Notes: generated from the letters alone by a model not told the origin. Numbered from the stretch's first letter, positions 18,056 to 27,984 are shown. The stretch: DNA of 32,000 bases from Candidatus Kuenenia stuttgartensis (GCF_900232105.1 NZ_LT934425.1:150001-182000); one strand, 5' to 3'. A program made the numbers and translations.

Positions 18056-19489
18056 ATGGAAAAATATGAACAGGAACGTTTTACAAAGCTGCAGAAATTG
18101 AGGGATAAAGGCGTCGATCCGTTTGGCGGACGATACGACAACGTACAATCAATACAAACGATCCTTGAGGGTTTCGCGCCTGACCGTGATGATATTAAGG
18201 CTAAGGCTGCCGGCCGCATCATGACGATGCGGCCACACGGGAAAACGGTATTTTTGGATATACGTGACCGTACGGGCAAAATACAGGTGTATATAAAGCG
18301 CGATAAAGTAGGAGAAGATACATTCGAAATCTCCCATTTACTCGACCTTGGTGATATTTTAGGCGTAGAAGGCACTCTTTTCAAAACGAGAACGGGAGAA
18401 ATTACGATCTTTGCGGACAATATCACCCTCTTATCAAAATCACTGCTTAACCCCCCTGAAAAATGGCACGGGCTGAAAGATATTGAACTCAGACACAGAC
18501 AGCGGTATGTTGATTTGTTTACAAATCAGGATGTTATGCAAACATTTTTAAAACGCATACAGATTATCAATCACATACGCGCATTTTTGAATGAGAGGGA
18601 TTTTGTGGAAGTGGAAACACCCATGATGCAACCAATACCCGGCGGAGCGGTGGCAAGGCCCTTTATTACCCACCATAATGCCCTGGATATTGATTTGTAT
18701 TTAAGAATCGCACCTGAACTGTATTTGAAAAGACTGCTGGTGGGCGGCATGGAAAGGGTATATGAAATTAACCGCAATTTCAGAAATGAAGGCATTTCCA
18801 CACGCCACAACCCTGAATTCACAATGATGGAATTATACCAGGCATACAGTGACTATAACGGCATGATGGAATTGACGGAAGAGCTGATCACCTCGCTGGC
18901 AATGAAAATACAGGGGAAATATGAACTCTCCTTCGGCGAAATAACGGTCAATATGACGCCCCCATGGCGACGCGCTACTTTCTGTGAACTTCTGAAAGAA
19001 CACAGCGGCATATCATACGACGATGAAGAAGGGTTAATAAGAAAATCAAAGGAATCAGGCTTAGAGACAAACGGTATCAGCAGGGACAACATCGCCAATA
19101 CCCTTTTTGAGGAACTGGTTGAAAAAACGCTGGTAAACCCCACCTTTGTGCTGGATTATCCCACTTCAATCTGCCCTTTGACAAAAACGTGTGCGCACGA
19201 CCCTCGTTTTGCCCAAAGGTTTGAATTGTACATCGCATCTATGGAAGTGGCAAATTCCTATTCGGAACTTAATGATTCGATAGAACAGGACAGAAGACTT
19301 CATGAACAAATTGGCACAGAAACAGATATTACCGGAAAGATTGATGAAGATTTTTTAACCGCCCTTAAATACGGAATGCCACCGGCAGGCGGTCTTGGGA
19401 TAGGCATCGACAGGCTTATTATGCTGCTCACCAATAACGTTTCCATCAGAGAAGTTATCTTGTTTCCGCTGCTAAAACCGAAGCAATAG
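18056..19489 (+). CDS. lysS: Lysyl-tRNA synthetase (class II)
   Basis: DPFGGRYDN; ADNITLLSK; [27 protein letters not shown]; [22 protein letters not shown]; [16 protein letters not shown]. Confidence 0.97.
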   Translation: MEKYEQERFTKLQKLRDKGVDPFGGRYDNVQSIQTILEGFAPDRDDIKAKAAGRIMTMRPHGKTVFLDIRDRTGKIQVYIKRDKVGEDTFEISHLLDLGDILGVEGTLFKTRTGEITIFADNITLLSKSLLNPPEKWHGLKDIELRHRQRYVDLFTNQDVMQTFLKRIQIINHIRAFLNERDFVEVETPMMQPIPGGAVARPFITHHNALDIDLYLRIAPELYLKRLLVGGMERVYEINRNFRNEGISTRHNPEFTMMELYQAYSDYNGMMELTEELITSLAMKIQGKYELSFGEITVNMTPPWRRATFCELLKEHSGISYDDEEGLIRKSKESGLETNGISRDNIANTLFEELVEKTLVNPTFVLDYPTSICPLTKTCAHDPRFAQRFELYIASMEVANSYSELNDSIEQDRRLHEQIGTETDITGKIDEDFLTALKYGMPPAGGLGIGIDRLIMLLTNNVSIREVILFPLLKPKQ

Positions 19490-19755
19490 AGAAGTACGAG
19501 GTACAGCTTGTCCTTGCGAGCATCTCCGCTTGTCATTGCGAGGGCCTTTTCCGAAGCAATCTTTTTTATAATGCCAGATTCAATCAAGGTAATTGTAATG
19601 GATAAATTATACTCCGTTTACATAATGACGAATAAAAATAATAAAAGGTCTTCTCCCTACTGAGTGAGTAAAAATGAGCGAAAAAAGTCTTGCGACCCGC
19701 AATTAGAGGGAGTTTTCAGCTTGTTTTAGCGTCTAAAAATGTGATATAAAATCGC

Positions 19756-20216
19756 ATGAGAAAAAAACGATCACTTTATGATGCATATCAGTTTTGTAGT
19801 TTTAAACCACAACACAAGGTATCAGGCGTTTTTGGCGACTCCAATGCCATGGTAATAAAGCTTACCCGACAGGGAAAAAAACCGTCTGCGGTAACTGCGG
19901 TAAAGTATACCGAACCATCTATGACCGCAAGAATAGGCGAGTGCGTGATCTTTCCAGCGGCAACAGGCGTGTATACCTTGAACTTGAGATTCGTCGGGTT
20001 TTCTGTATTTGCTGCAACAAGGCGAAGCAAGAGAAGCTGAAGTTCCTTGCGGATAATCCTTTCTACACCAAGCGCTTTGCCTTCTATGTCGGCAAGAGAT
20101 GCAGTACCCAGGCGATTAAATACGCTGCCGCAGAATTGCACCTGGACTGGAAAACTGTCAAGGAACTCGAAAAGCAGTACATGCGGGAGAAACTCCGCCG
20201 TGCCGGGAATCCAGGT
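19756..20216 (+). pseudogene. N-terminal part of ISL3 transposase, frameshifted near 20020
   Basis: MRKKRSLYDAYQF...TAVKYTEPSMTARIGECVIFPAATGVYTLNLRFVGFSVFAAT (frame 1) continues as NKAKQEKLKFLADNPFYTKRFAFYVGKRC...ELHLDWKTVKELEKQYMREKLRRAGNPG (frame 3). Confidence 0.85.
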
Positions 20217-20616
20217 GGGTGCATTCACGATTTTTTGCAAAAAAACAATCAGTAGGGGTTAACAGTAACGTAGAGACAGGTTTCAAACCTGTCTTTTACC
20301 AGGAGCATTTCCGATTTTTTGTAACCGTTTGTGTGATTGGGGCAAAACAACGCTGCAAGGGATGTGGCAAGCCTGTCCCCCGCTGGCGGGGGATTAAGGG
20401 GGTGGAATTGTCTGCGGAGGAAATCTGGGCGGTTTATAACATGAATAGCCATAAATTTTTCTTCTCATTCCTACGTTCTGCGGGAATGCATGTCACGAAA
20501 CAGGATAAAATTGTCCATTTGACCAGTCTGCGGAGCGTGGGAAAGAGGGTCAAATTTGTTTTAATAATAAAGGGGTAGTTGAATCGATGGAGAAATCCAG
20601 TCCACCCCCTGCACCC

Positions 20617-22000
20617 CATAAGCGCTAACTTGTTTTATTGACAAATTTTATTCATCATGGTATTTTTATGTTAATTATCCCGCTAATCACTCTATAGGAG
20701 GATAAAGCCATGATGAGAGAAGATTGGGATCTTCTAAGAACTTTCTTCCCAAACGATTGGAAAAGTTTAGCCGTTGATACAAATGCTTTAAAAGGCTTGC
20801 GCAAGGATAAATCTGAAGAAAAGCTTCTTCGAACATTATTAATTCATTTAGGATGTGGCTATTCATTGCGTGAAACAGTAGTTCGAGCCAAGCGTGCTAA
20901 CTTAGCAGATTTATCCGATGTTGCCTTATTAAAGCGATTAAAAAAGAGCAAAGAATGGCTATATAAATTATGTTTATCTTTATTCCGTGAGCGTGGCCTC
21001 CAAATTAATAAACGGAATAATTTTCATCTTCGCTTATTTGATGCAACAACAGTAAAGGAACCTGGGAAAACAGGAAGTCTTTGGCGCATTCATTATAGTA
21101 TTGAGGTTCCTTCATTATCTTGCGATTTCTTTAAACTTACGGGAACTGAAGGAGAAGGCACAGGAGAATCTTTTCGGCAGTTTCCGATGAAAAAAGATGA
21201 TTATATTATAGCTGACAGAGGTTACTGTACTGGCCAAGGAATTCATCATGCAACAAGGAAAGGCGCTTATCTTAGCGTTAGAGTTAATTCGCAATCTCTA
21301 CGGATATTCGGCGAAGAAAAGAAACCCTTTCCTTTATTGAAAGAAATCCAATATTTAAAAAGACCCCTTGCTATAAAATCATGGAACGTTTTTATTCCAA
21401 ACGTTGATAATACTGAATATGTCAAAGGTCGTCTTTGTATAATACACAAAACAGAAGAAGCCATTAAAATAGCTCATAAAAAACTTAAAAGACATGCAAG
21501 CAAAAAGGGCATTGAACTAAAACCGGAGACCCTTATTTATGCCAAGTACGTAATAGTATTCACAACGTTTCCTGAAAATCAATTTACCGCTTTTGATATC
21601 TTAGAATGGTATCGAGTTCGATGGCAAATTGAACTGGTCTTTAAAAGATTTAAACAAATAGCACAATTTGGACACTTACCTAAATACGATGATGATAGCT
21701 CAAAAGCTTGGCTTTATGGCAAACTATTCGTTGCTCTTTTGACAGAAAAACTAATAGATTTTGCTACGTCTTTTTCCCCCTGGGGATACTTCATTGTCAA
21801 GCAAGAAGACTAAAAGCAAATGGCGTGAATTTGCTTTTATGCCTAATCAAGTAAAACGGGCTATAGAACCAGCGTTATCATTACAGGAAGTTCTTAAGTG
21901 CTGGAATGACATTGCTTGTTCTTTAGCAGAAAATACAAGAATCCGAAAAACACAGATATCAAAATACTTCGAGCATACCTAAAACAAGTTAGCGCTTATG
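20617..22000 (+). mobile_element. IS4-family insertion sequence, 1384 bp, with 11-bp TSD
   Basis: Perfect 21-bp TIR CATAAGCGCTAACTTGTTTTA (20617-20637; complement 21980-22000). TSD CCCCTGCACCC at 20606-20616 and 22001-22011. Confidence 0.93.
20710..21982 (+). CDS. IS4-family transposase, split by a frameshift near 21780
   Basis: ORF 20710..21813 (DYIIADRGY; WYRVRWQIELVFKRFKQIAQFGHLP, DDE/YREK-like). The C-terminus continues in another frame as GDTSLSSKKTKSKWREFAFMPNQVKRAIEPALSLQEVLKCW...KYFEHT. Confidence 0.85.
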
Positions 22001-22336
22001 CCCCTGCACCCCCGCCAGCGGGGGACATAGTTTGAACAACAGGCGCATTCCCGATTTTTGGTTAACTAATTGTACATTGTAACACAAGCATCCTGCTTGT
22101 GGCATTTTACCCTCAAACAGGAAACTTGTGTTACTATTCCTTTCCCTCTCCCCGCTAATGGCATTTTTACAAAAAATCGGGAATGCTCCCCTTTTACCGC
22201 TTGAAAATGACAGAAACAACCCTGACAGGGTTCCAAACCCTGTCAGGGTTAATCAAACAAGATGTTTGCGATACAATACCTGTCAACCAACAGGCATGTG
22301 CGAATATTTACAAAAAATCGGGAATGCACCCTGAAC

Positions 22337-23104
22337 AATCCTGGTCCAAAGGTAATCGGTATTGATGAAATTTCTATTCGTAAAGGTCACCGTTACCGTA
22401 TCATAGTAAGCGACCTTGAGAGGAAGCGGGTGATTTGGTTTGGCGGCAAAGACCGTTCAGAAGATAGCATGAATCTATTCTGTGAAGAACTGGGGCTTCA
22501 AAAAATCAGGGAAATACGGCTTGCAGTTATGGACATGTGGAAGGCTTTTGAAAACTCCATCCGCCATCATGCACCGCAAGCTGCCACACTCTACGATAAG
22601 TCTCATGTCATGAAGCATCTGCACGAGGAATTAGACAAAGTGAGAAAGAGCGAATATGCCAGACTGACTGGCAAAGACCGTAAGTTTATTAAAGGCCAGA
22701 AATACACGCGGCTCTCCCATCGTGAGAATCTCACGACTGACGGGAGAAAAGCATTAAAGATACTTCTGACTGCCAACAGGCGGCTGAACACTGCCTATAT
22801 CATCAAAGAGACATTCGGGCAGTTATGGAGCTATACGTCAGAGGCCTGGGCCAGAAAGTTTTTTGATAACTGGAAGACCTCGATAAAGTGGCAACGGCTT
22901 AAACCATATGAGAAGTTTGCAGAACTGGTCGAACGCCACTGGGATGGCATTGCCGCCTTCTGCAAACCAGAGAATAAGGTTTCGCTCGGATTTGTCGAAG
23001 GTCTGAATAACAAAATCAGGGTAATTCAACGTCGGGCTTATAGCCTACGAGATGAAGAATATCTCCTGCTCAAAATCTTGACCTGCATGCTCCCTGATAT
23101 CTAA
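22337..23104 (+). pseudogene. C-terminal part of ISL3 transposase
   Basis: NPGPKVIGIDEISIRKGHRYRIIVSDLERKRVIWFGGKDRSEDSMN...LAVMDMWKAFENSIRHHAPQA...YDKSHVMKHLHEELDKVR...GFVEGLNNKIRVIQRRAYSLRDEEYLLLKILTCMLPDI. Confidence 0.92.
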
Positions 23105-23475
23105 TTCAATACAAAAATGGCTCATTTTTACCCACTCGATAGGGAGAAGACCCAGTATAATCATTCATTAAAAAATTTAAATTTAGAGAGCTTCGCATCA
23201 TATATTTTTTGTAGTGCGACGATGTTAGTCGCATTGCTTTAAATCAGGCGGAGTTTTAAAAGACGAAAATCCAACGGCATTTATTTTTTCATACAGGAAT
23301 TTCCGCATGGCAGTAATCGTATCAAAGGAGACAGGAGGAAACTCCCGCCACCTCGGGAAATATATTTATACCATACCAACTGATGTTATGTAAGTGGGTA
23401 AACAATTTTGGCAGGTCATTTTCTGCGTATATTTCAAACAGGCGGAGCTATTACTATTTGCGGGTTAAGGTTTGC

Positions 23476-24030
23476 AACCCAATGTCATTAAGTTAAGCAA
23501 CCTGCCAGAAAAGTCCCCCTTAAAAAAGGGGGATAAAGGGGGTTGTTTTTAATCAAATATCCTTAACTTAATTATATTGGTTTGCAACATGAACCAAACG
23601 TTTTATACTTTCAAGATCTGTCTTCTATTGGCAGAACAACTGACAAATAAATTCCAGATTCAAAACAGGGATTTTGTGGTTTGGGCATTAGAATTTTACC
23701 GCAGTACATGGCCCCATTATCCGCATAAACTTATGGGTTCAGGTTACAAACCAATGTCATTAAGTTAAGAATTATTGTAACACTTTGGTTTAAAAAAAAC
23801 GTATTACCGATAAGCTCCGTAGGAGCAACCTGTTTGTAGTAGATAGGATACCATAACAGATATTAGCTCCGTCAGGAGCGGCCTGTCTTCCTGTCAATCA
23901 TATACAGGCCGCTCCTGACGGAGCTATTTACCTGTTGAATTTTATTGCGCTACAAACAGACCGCCCCTAAAGGGGCTACATTGTTTTTTAGGCTCTTCAG
24001 GCAGGTTGCTTAACTTAATGACATTGGGTT
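23476..24030. repeat. Pair of 31-bp perfect inverted repeats enclosing further copies of the same motif
   Basis: AACCCAATGTCATTAAGTTAAGCAACCTGCC at 23476-23506 and its exact complement at 24000-24030. Further related copies at 23563-23588 (inverted, degenerate) and 23750-23769 (direct). Confidence 0.9.
23864..23926. repeat. Perfect 23-bp-arm hairpin TAGCTCCGTCAGGAGCGGCCTGT / ACAGGCCGCTCCTGACGGAGCTA
   Basis: Arms 23864-23886 and 23904-23926, 17-nt loop. Confidence 0.92.
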
Positions 24031-24183
24031 ACAAGCCCGAACCAGCCGGGAGTGTGTAAAACACCCCTAAACCTGGCAAGGGGGATGATTCGTTAAATCG
24101 TTTCAACCACTTAACCACTTCACCATTTGACTATTCGACTATTTGACCACTTAACTATTCCATAAAGCAAAAAGGAAGAAACA

Positions 24184-26340
24184 ATGGATTTGGATACAAA
24201 CACAAACAAAACGGCGCAGGAACTTTCTCTTTCTGCAAAGCAGGTAAGCGCAGTAATAGCCCTTTTGGATGAGGGGAATACGGTGCCTTTTATTGCGAGG
24301 TACCGGAAAGAAATGACCGGTAGCCTGGATGAGGTGGCGATATTGGCAATAAGAGACAGGATAACCCAATTGCGTGAACTGGATAAACGAAGAGAAACTA
24401 TTTTAAATTCATTGACAAAGCAGGAAAAACGCACACCTGAATTAGAAAAGGCGGTGAAAGAAGCAGAAACCCTAACGGCGCTTGAGGATATTTATCTGCC
24501 TTACAAGCCAAAGAGGAAAACGAGAGCAACTGCCGCAAGGGAAAAAGGGCTGGAACCATTCGCGAAACTGATTTTTGAACAGAAAGAGTTTGATGTGCGT
24601 GCCGAAGCTGCCAGTTATATTGATGCGGAGAAGGGGGTAACGACAGAAGAAGAAGCATTGCAGGGAGCCAGAGACATCATTGCCGAATGGGTCAATGAGG
24701 ATGCGGATACCCGAAAGGCAATGAGGGAACTGTTCCTTAAGGAAGGTATTCTTACCTCAGAAGTGATAAAAGGAAAAGAAGAGGATGCGCAAAAATATAA
24801 GGATTATTTTGAGTGGAAGGAACCTGTCGCTTCCGTTCCTTCACACAGGATGCTTGCCATGCGCAGGGGAGAAAAAGAGCAGTTTCTCTTGCTGAGCATA
24901 GCGCCCCCGCAAGAGATGGCAATCGATCTTTTAAAACGCAAATACCTTGTTTCGAAAAACGAGATATCGGCACAGGTAGAACTAGCCCTAACGGATGCGT
25001 ACAAAAGGTTGCTGAGCCTCAGCATGGAAACCGAGATACGGCTGAACGCCAAGAAGGAAGCAGATGAAGAGGCGATACAGGTGTTTGCAAAAAATCTCAG
25101 ACAATTATTACTGGCATCCCCGCTGGGACAGAAAAACATCCTCGCCATAGACCCCGGTTTCCGCACCGGATGCAAGGTGGTATGTCTGGATAGACAGGGC
25201 AAGCTGCTCCATAATGAAACAATCTTTCCGCATGAGCCGCAAAAGAAGATTGCTGAATCGGCTTCAGCGCTGCAAAACCTTTGCAAAAAATTTGCGATTG
25301 AAGCAATCGCGATAGGAAACGGCACGGCGGGTAGAGAAACGGAACGTTTTGTAAAAGGCATAGATTTGCCCGGCGGTATTATTACCGTGATGGTAAATGA
25401 AAGCGGGGCGTCCATATATTCTGCCAGCGATATTGCCAGGGAGGAATTCCCTGATTATGATATAACCGTTCGCGGTGCGGTATCCATTGGCAGAAGGCTG
25501 TCTGACCCCTTGTCAGAATTGGTAAAAATAGAGCCCAAATCCATTGGTGTGGGACAGTATCAGCACGATGTTGACCAAACGGCTCTCCGGCAGTCACTCG
25601 ATGATGTAGTGATGAGCTGCGTGAATTCTGTGGGTGTGGAACTGAATACGGCAAGCAGTGAATTGCTTTCATATGTTTCCGGACTCGGACAGCAACTGGC
25701 AAAAAAGATTGTTGAATACAGAAACGAACATGGACCCTTCCGTAGCAGGAGGGAACTGGTTGAAGTGCCGAGGCTAGGTGATAAGGCGTTTGAACAGGCG
25801 GCAGGGTTCCTGAGGATAAGGAACGGCGAAAATCTTCTGGACGCCAGCGCAGTGCATCCGGAAAGTTATTATATTGTTGAAAAAATGGCGGAAAATTTGA
25901 ATTGCGGCGTAGAAGATCTCATGAAAAACCCTGCGCTTCGCAACAAAATCGACCTGAAGAAATACGTGACTGAAGAAACAGGTCTGCCAACGCTCAATGA
26001 TATTCTCAGTGAGTTGGATAAACCAGGACGTGACCCAAGGGAAAAGTTCGAGGCTTTTTCTTTTCAGGATGACATTAATGCAGTAGAAGATCTGGAAACA
26101 GGGATGACATTACCGGGGATTGTCACAAATATTACCAATTTTGGGGCATTTGTAGATATAGGGGTTCATCAGGACGGGCTGGTGCACATCAGCAATATGG
26201 CGGATAAATATGTTAAAAACCCTGCAGACGTTGTCAGCGTTCATCAAAAAGTAATGGTGACAGTAATCGAGGTGGATATTGGAAGAAAGCGGATCTCGCT
26301 TTCAATGAAGAGTGACCCGTTCGGGAAAGAAAGAAAATAA
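24184..26340 (+). CDS. tex: Tex family RNA-binding transcription accessory protein
   Basis: TVPFIARYRKEMTGSLDE; DIYLPYKPKRKTRA; AIDPGFRTGCKVVCLD; NVELNTASSELLSYVSGL; C-terminal S1 domain GIVTNITNFGAFVDIGVHQDGLVHISNM. Confidence 0.97.
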   Translation: MDLDTNTNKTAQELSLSAKQVSAVIALLDEGNTVPFIARYRKEMTGSLDEVAILAIRDRITQLRELDKRRETILNSLTKQEKRTPELEKAVKEAETLTALEDIYLPYKPKRKTRATAAREKGLEPFAKLIFEQKEFDVRAEAASYIDAEKGVTTEEEALQGARDIIAEWVNEDADTRKAMRELFLKEGILTSEVIKGKEEDAQKYKDYFEWKEPVASVPSHRMLAMRRGEKEQFLLLSIAPPQEMAIDLLKRKYLVSKNEISAQVELALTDAYKRLLSLSMETEIRLNAKKEADEEAIQVFAKNLRQLLLASPLGQKNILAIDPGFRTGCKVVCLDRQGKLLHNETIFPHEPQKKIAESASALQNLCKKFAIEAIAIGNGTAGRETERFVKGIDLPGGIITVMVNESGASIYSASDIAREEFPDYDITVRGAVSIGRRLSDPLSELVKIEPKSIGVGQYQHDVDQTALRQSLDDVVMSCVNSVGVELNTASSELLSYVSGLGQQLAKKIVEYRNEHGPFRSRRELVEVPRLGDKAFEQAAGFLRIRNGENLLDASAVHPESYYIVEKMAENLNCGVEDLMKNPALRNKIDLKKYVTEETGLPTLNDILSELDKPGRDPREKFEAFSFQDDINAVEDLETGMTLPGIVTNITNFGAFVDIGVHQDGLVHISNMADKYVKNPADVVSVHQKVMVTVIEVDIGRKRISLSMKSDPFGKERK

Positions 26341-26349
26341 TGGGGATTG

Positions 26350-27933
26350 TCACGATGTTTTCCGCAAAATTTTACCGTTTTTAATGCCGGAGTGTTTACC
26401 CTTCTGCACGGTAACGTTTCCATTTACAATTACATATTCAACTCCAACCGAATATTGATGAGGGTTTGCAAAGGTACTCTTGTCAGTAATTGTTTCCGGA
26501 TTAAAGATTGTTATGTCGGCAAAATATCCTTCTTTTATGAAACCCCGCCGGTCTAATCCCACCTTTTGAGCCGGGATACCCGTCATTTTCCAGATCGCCT
26601 CTTCTATCGAAAAAAGCTTTTTTTCTCTGTAAAATGTCCCCAATACCCTGGAAAACGTCCCATAACTTCGCGGATGAGGGTTGCCATCAGCAAGTACACC
26701 CTCGCCGGAGCGGGTGGAACTATCGGAACCCACGCATACAAAATCCCAACTCAATATGCTTTCCAGATTTTTTTCAGACATATTAAACAAAAAAATATCC
26801 ACCCTGGTATCCTCTTCTATCAGAAGATCTAACACCTCCTCCAGCGGAGGCTTCTTCTGTATCGCAGCAATTTCTGCAATAGATTTCCCCACCATCCACC
26901 TGTTTTTCTGAGTAGAAACAGATGAAATCACTATATCTGACCAAAATGGAGACTCATCAGTTTTTGACATCTCTCCAGCAATGCGCTTTCTTACCGCACG
27001 GTCTCTTAATCTTTGTATTTGATCTTCTGTGCCTCCATCGTATACCCAGGCAGGCAAAATGACATCGAGGTCCGTCGCTGCTGCTGTATAGGGATAGCGA
27101 TCACAGGTAACATTCACCCCTTCGTTTATTGCATACGCTATCAATGCCTTTACCTTCTCCAATTTGTGCCAATTTTCCTGTCCCATTGTCTTAATATGCG
27201 ATATCTGCACATTAACGCCGGTCTCTTCCGCCACCTTTATCGCTTCAGCAATGGCATTTTCCAGGTCATCGCCTTCATTTCGTATATGGGTGGCATAGAG
27301 TCCGCCATATTCTTTCACTCTATTGCACATTGTTACCAGTTCATCAAATTCCGCATAACAGCCCGGCGGATAGACCAGGCCGCTGGACATGCCAAAAGCG
27401 CCGGCTTTCATAGCTTCTTCCAGGTACTTGCACATTACCGATAATTCATCCTTAGTGGCAGCCCTGCCATCATATCCTAAAGCACACGCTCTGATATTCC
27501 CATGGCCCACAAGAAAAGCCCTGTTGACGGAACTATTTATCCCTTCCGCAACATCAAAAAACCCTTGGGCAGAACGCCATGAGGGAACGATGCCGTATTT
27601 TGACAATCCTTGCCTGCGCCGTTCCAATAATTTTCCCCGCAACGGAAAAGCAGACAACCCACAATTGCCACAAACCTCCGTAGTGACGCCGTCCAGTATT
27701 TTGCTTTCACTTTCCCGGCACGCAAGCCACAGAAAATCGCTATGAGAGTGAATGTCAATGAATCCCGGAGCAACGATCATCCCCTCTGCATCAATTCGTG
27801 TGCAGGTATTACAGGAAATATGATCATCTATTACTTCAATCTTATTTCCCTTTATACCAACGTCCATTTTTTTACCAGGCATTCCGGTACCGTCTATCAA
27901 TAAACCTTTTTCTATTATCAAATCAAGATCCAT
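26350..27933 (-). CDS. D-aminoacylase / N-acyl-D-amino-acid deacylase family amidohydrolase
   Basis: GLLIDGTGMPGKKMDVGIKGNKIEVI; MIVAPGFIDIHSHSDF; VTTEVCGNCGLSAFP; YATHIRNEGD; VCVGSDSSTRSGEG; HPRSYGTFSRVLG. Confidence 0.93.
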   Translation of the reverse strand: MDLDLIIEKGLLIDGTGMPGKKMDVGIKGNKIEVIDDHISCNTCTRIDAEGMIVAPGFIDIHSHSDFLWLACRESESKILDGVTTEVCGNCGLSAFPLRGKLLERRRQGLSKYGIVPSWRSAQGFFDVAEGINSSVNRAFLVGHGNIRACALGYDGRAATKDELSVMCKYLEEAMKAGAFGMSSGLVYPPGCYAEFDELVTMCNRVKEYGGLYATHIRNEGDDLENAIAEAIKVAEETGVNVQISHIKTMGQENWHKLEKVKALIAYAINEGVNVTCDRYPYTAAATDLDVILPAWVYDGGTEDQIQRLRDRAVRKRIAGEMSKTDESPFWSDIVISSVSTQKNRWMVGKSIAEIAAIQKKPPLEEVLDLLIEEDTRVDIFLFNMSEKNLESILSWDFVCVGSDSSTRSGEGVLADGNPHPRSYGTFSRVLGTFYREKKLFSIEEAIWKMTGIPAQKVGLDRRGFIKEGYFADITIFNPETITDKSTFANPHQYSVGVEYVIVNGNVTVQKGKHSGIKNGKILRKTS

Positions 27934-27984
27934 TTTTCGTGTTATCTCTTTTCGTTCTATTCTGTAAACAAGGGGAAAGGGATT

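Larger units (their letters stand above)
20301..22190. mobile_element. Second-level inserted element (about 495 bp after subtracting the IS4-type copy) with 8-bp TSD CTTTTACC
   Basis: TIRs AGGAGCATTTCCGATTTTTTGTAA (20301-20324) and TTACAAAAAATCGGGAATGCTCCC (22167-22190). TSD CTTTTACC at 20293-20300 and 22191-22198. Confidence 0.82.
20217..22331. mobile_element. Outer inserted MITE-like element inside the ISL3 transposase (about 217 bp once its own insert is subtracted)
   Basis: TIRs GGGTGCATTCACGATTTTTTG (20217-20237) and CAAAAAATCGGGAATGCACCC (22311-22331). Insertion point splits the ISL3 GNPG|PKVIG coding sequence. Confidence 0.75.
19647..23152 (+). mobile_element. ISL3-family insertion sequence, disrupted by nested insertions
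   Basis: Imperfect 33-bp TIRs (30/33): GGTCTTCTCCCTACTGAGTGAGTAAAAATGAGC at 19647-19679 and GCTCATTTTTACCCACTCGATAGGGAGAAGACC at 23120-23152. Transposase halves inside. Confidence 0.88.

Noticed and set aside
19492-19580. TTGCGAG...TCATTGCGAGGGCCTTTTCCGAAGCAATCTTTTT string after lysS as a dedicated regulatory RNA
   Set aside because: It looks like one more dispersed intergenic repeat. I cannot support an RNA function from one copy.
20219-20578. 119-aa ORF inside the nested mobile elements
   Set aside because: It begins inside the TIR of the outer element and crosses the TIR of the second element, so it is a chimera of repeat sequence. No motif recognised.
23577-23768. 63-aa ORF in the ISL3-tex gap
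   Set aside because: Its N-terminus is the dispersed 25-bp repeat and its C-terminus is the CAATGTCATTAAG repeat, so it is most likely a spurious ORF.
23463-24036. Possible CRISPR-like array because of four related motif copies
   Set aside because: Copies alternate in orientation, are unequally spaced (tens to hundreds of bp) and degenerate. No cas genes are present.
26347-27745. Several plus-strand ORFs antisense to the D-aminoacylase gene
   Set aside because: They are shadow ORFs of a well-supported minus-strand gene.
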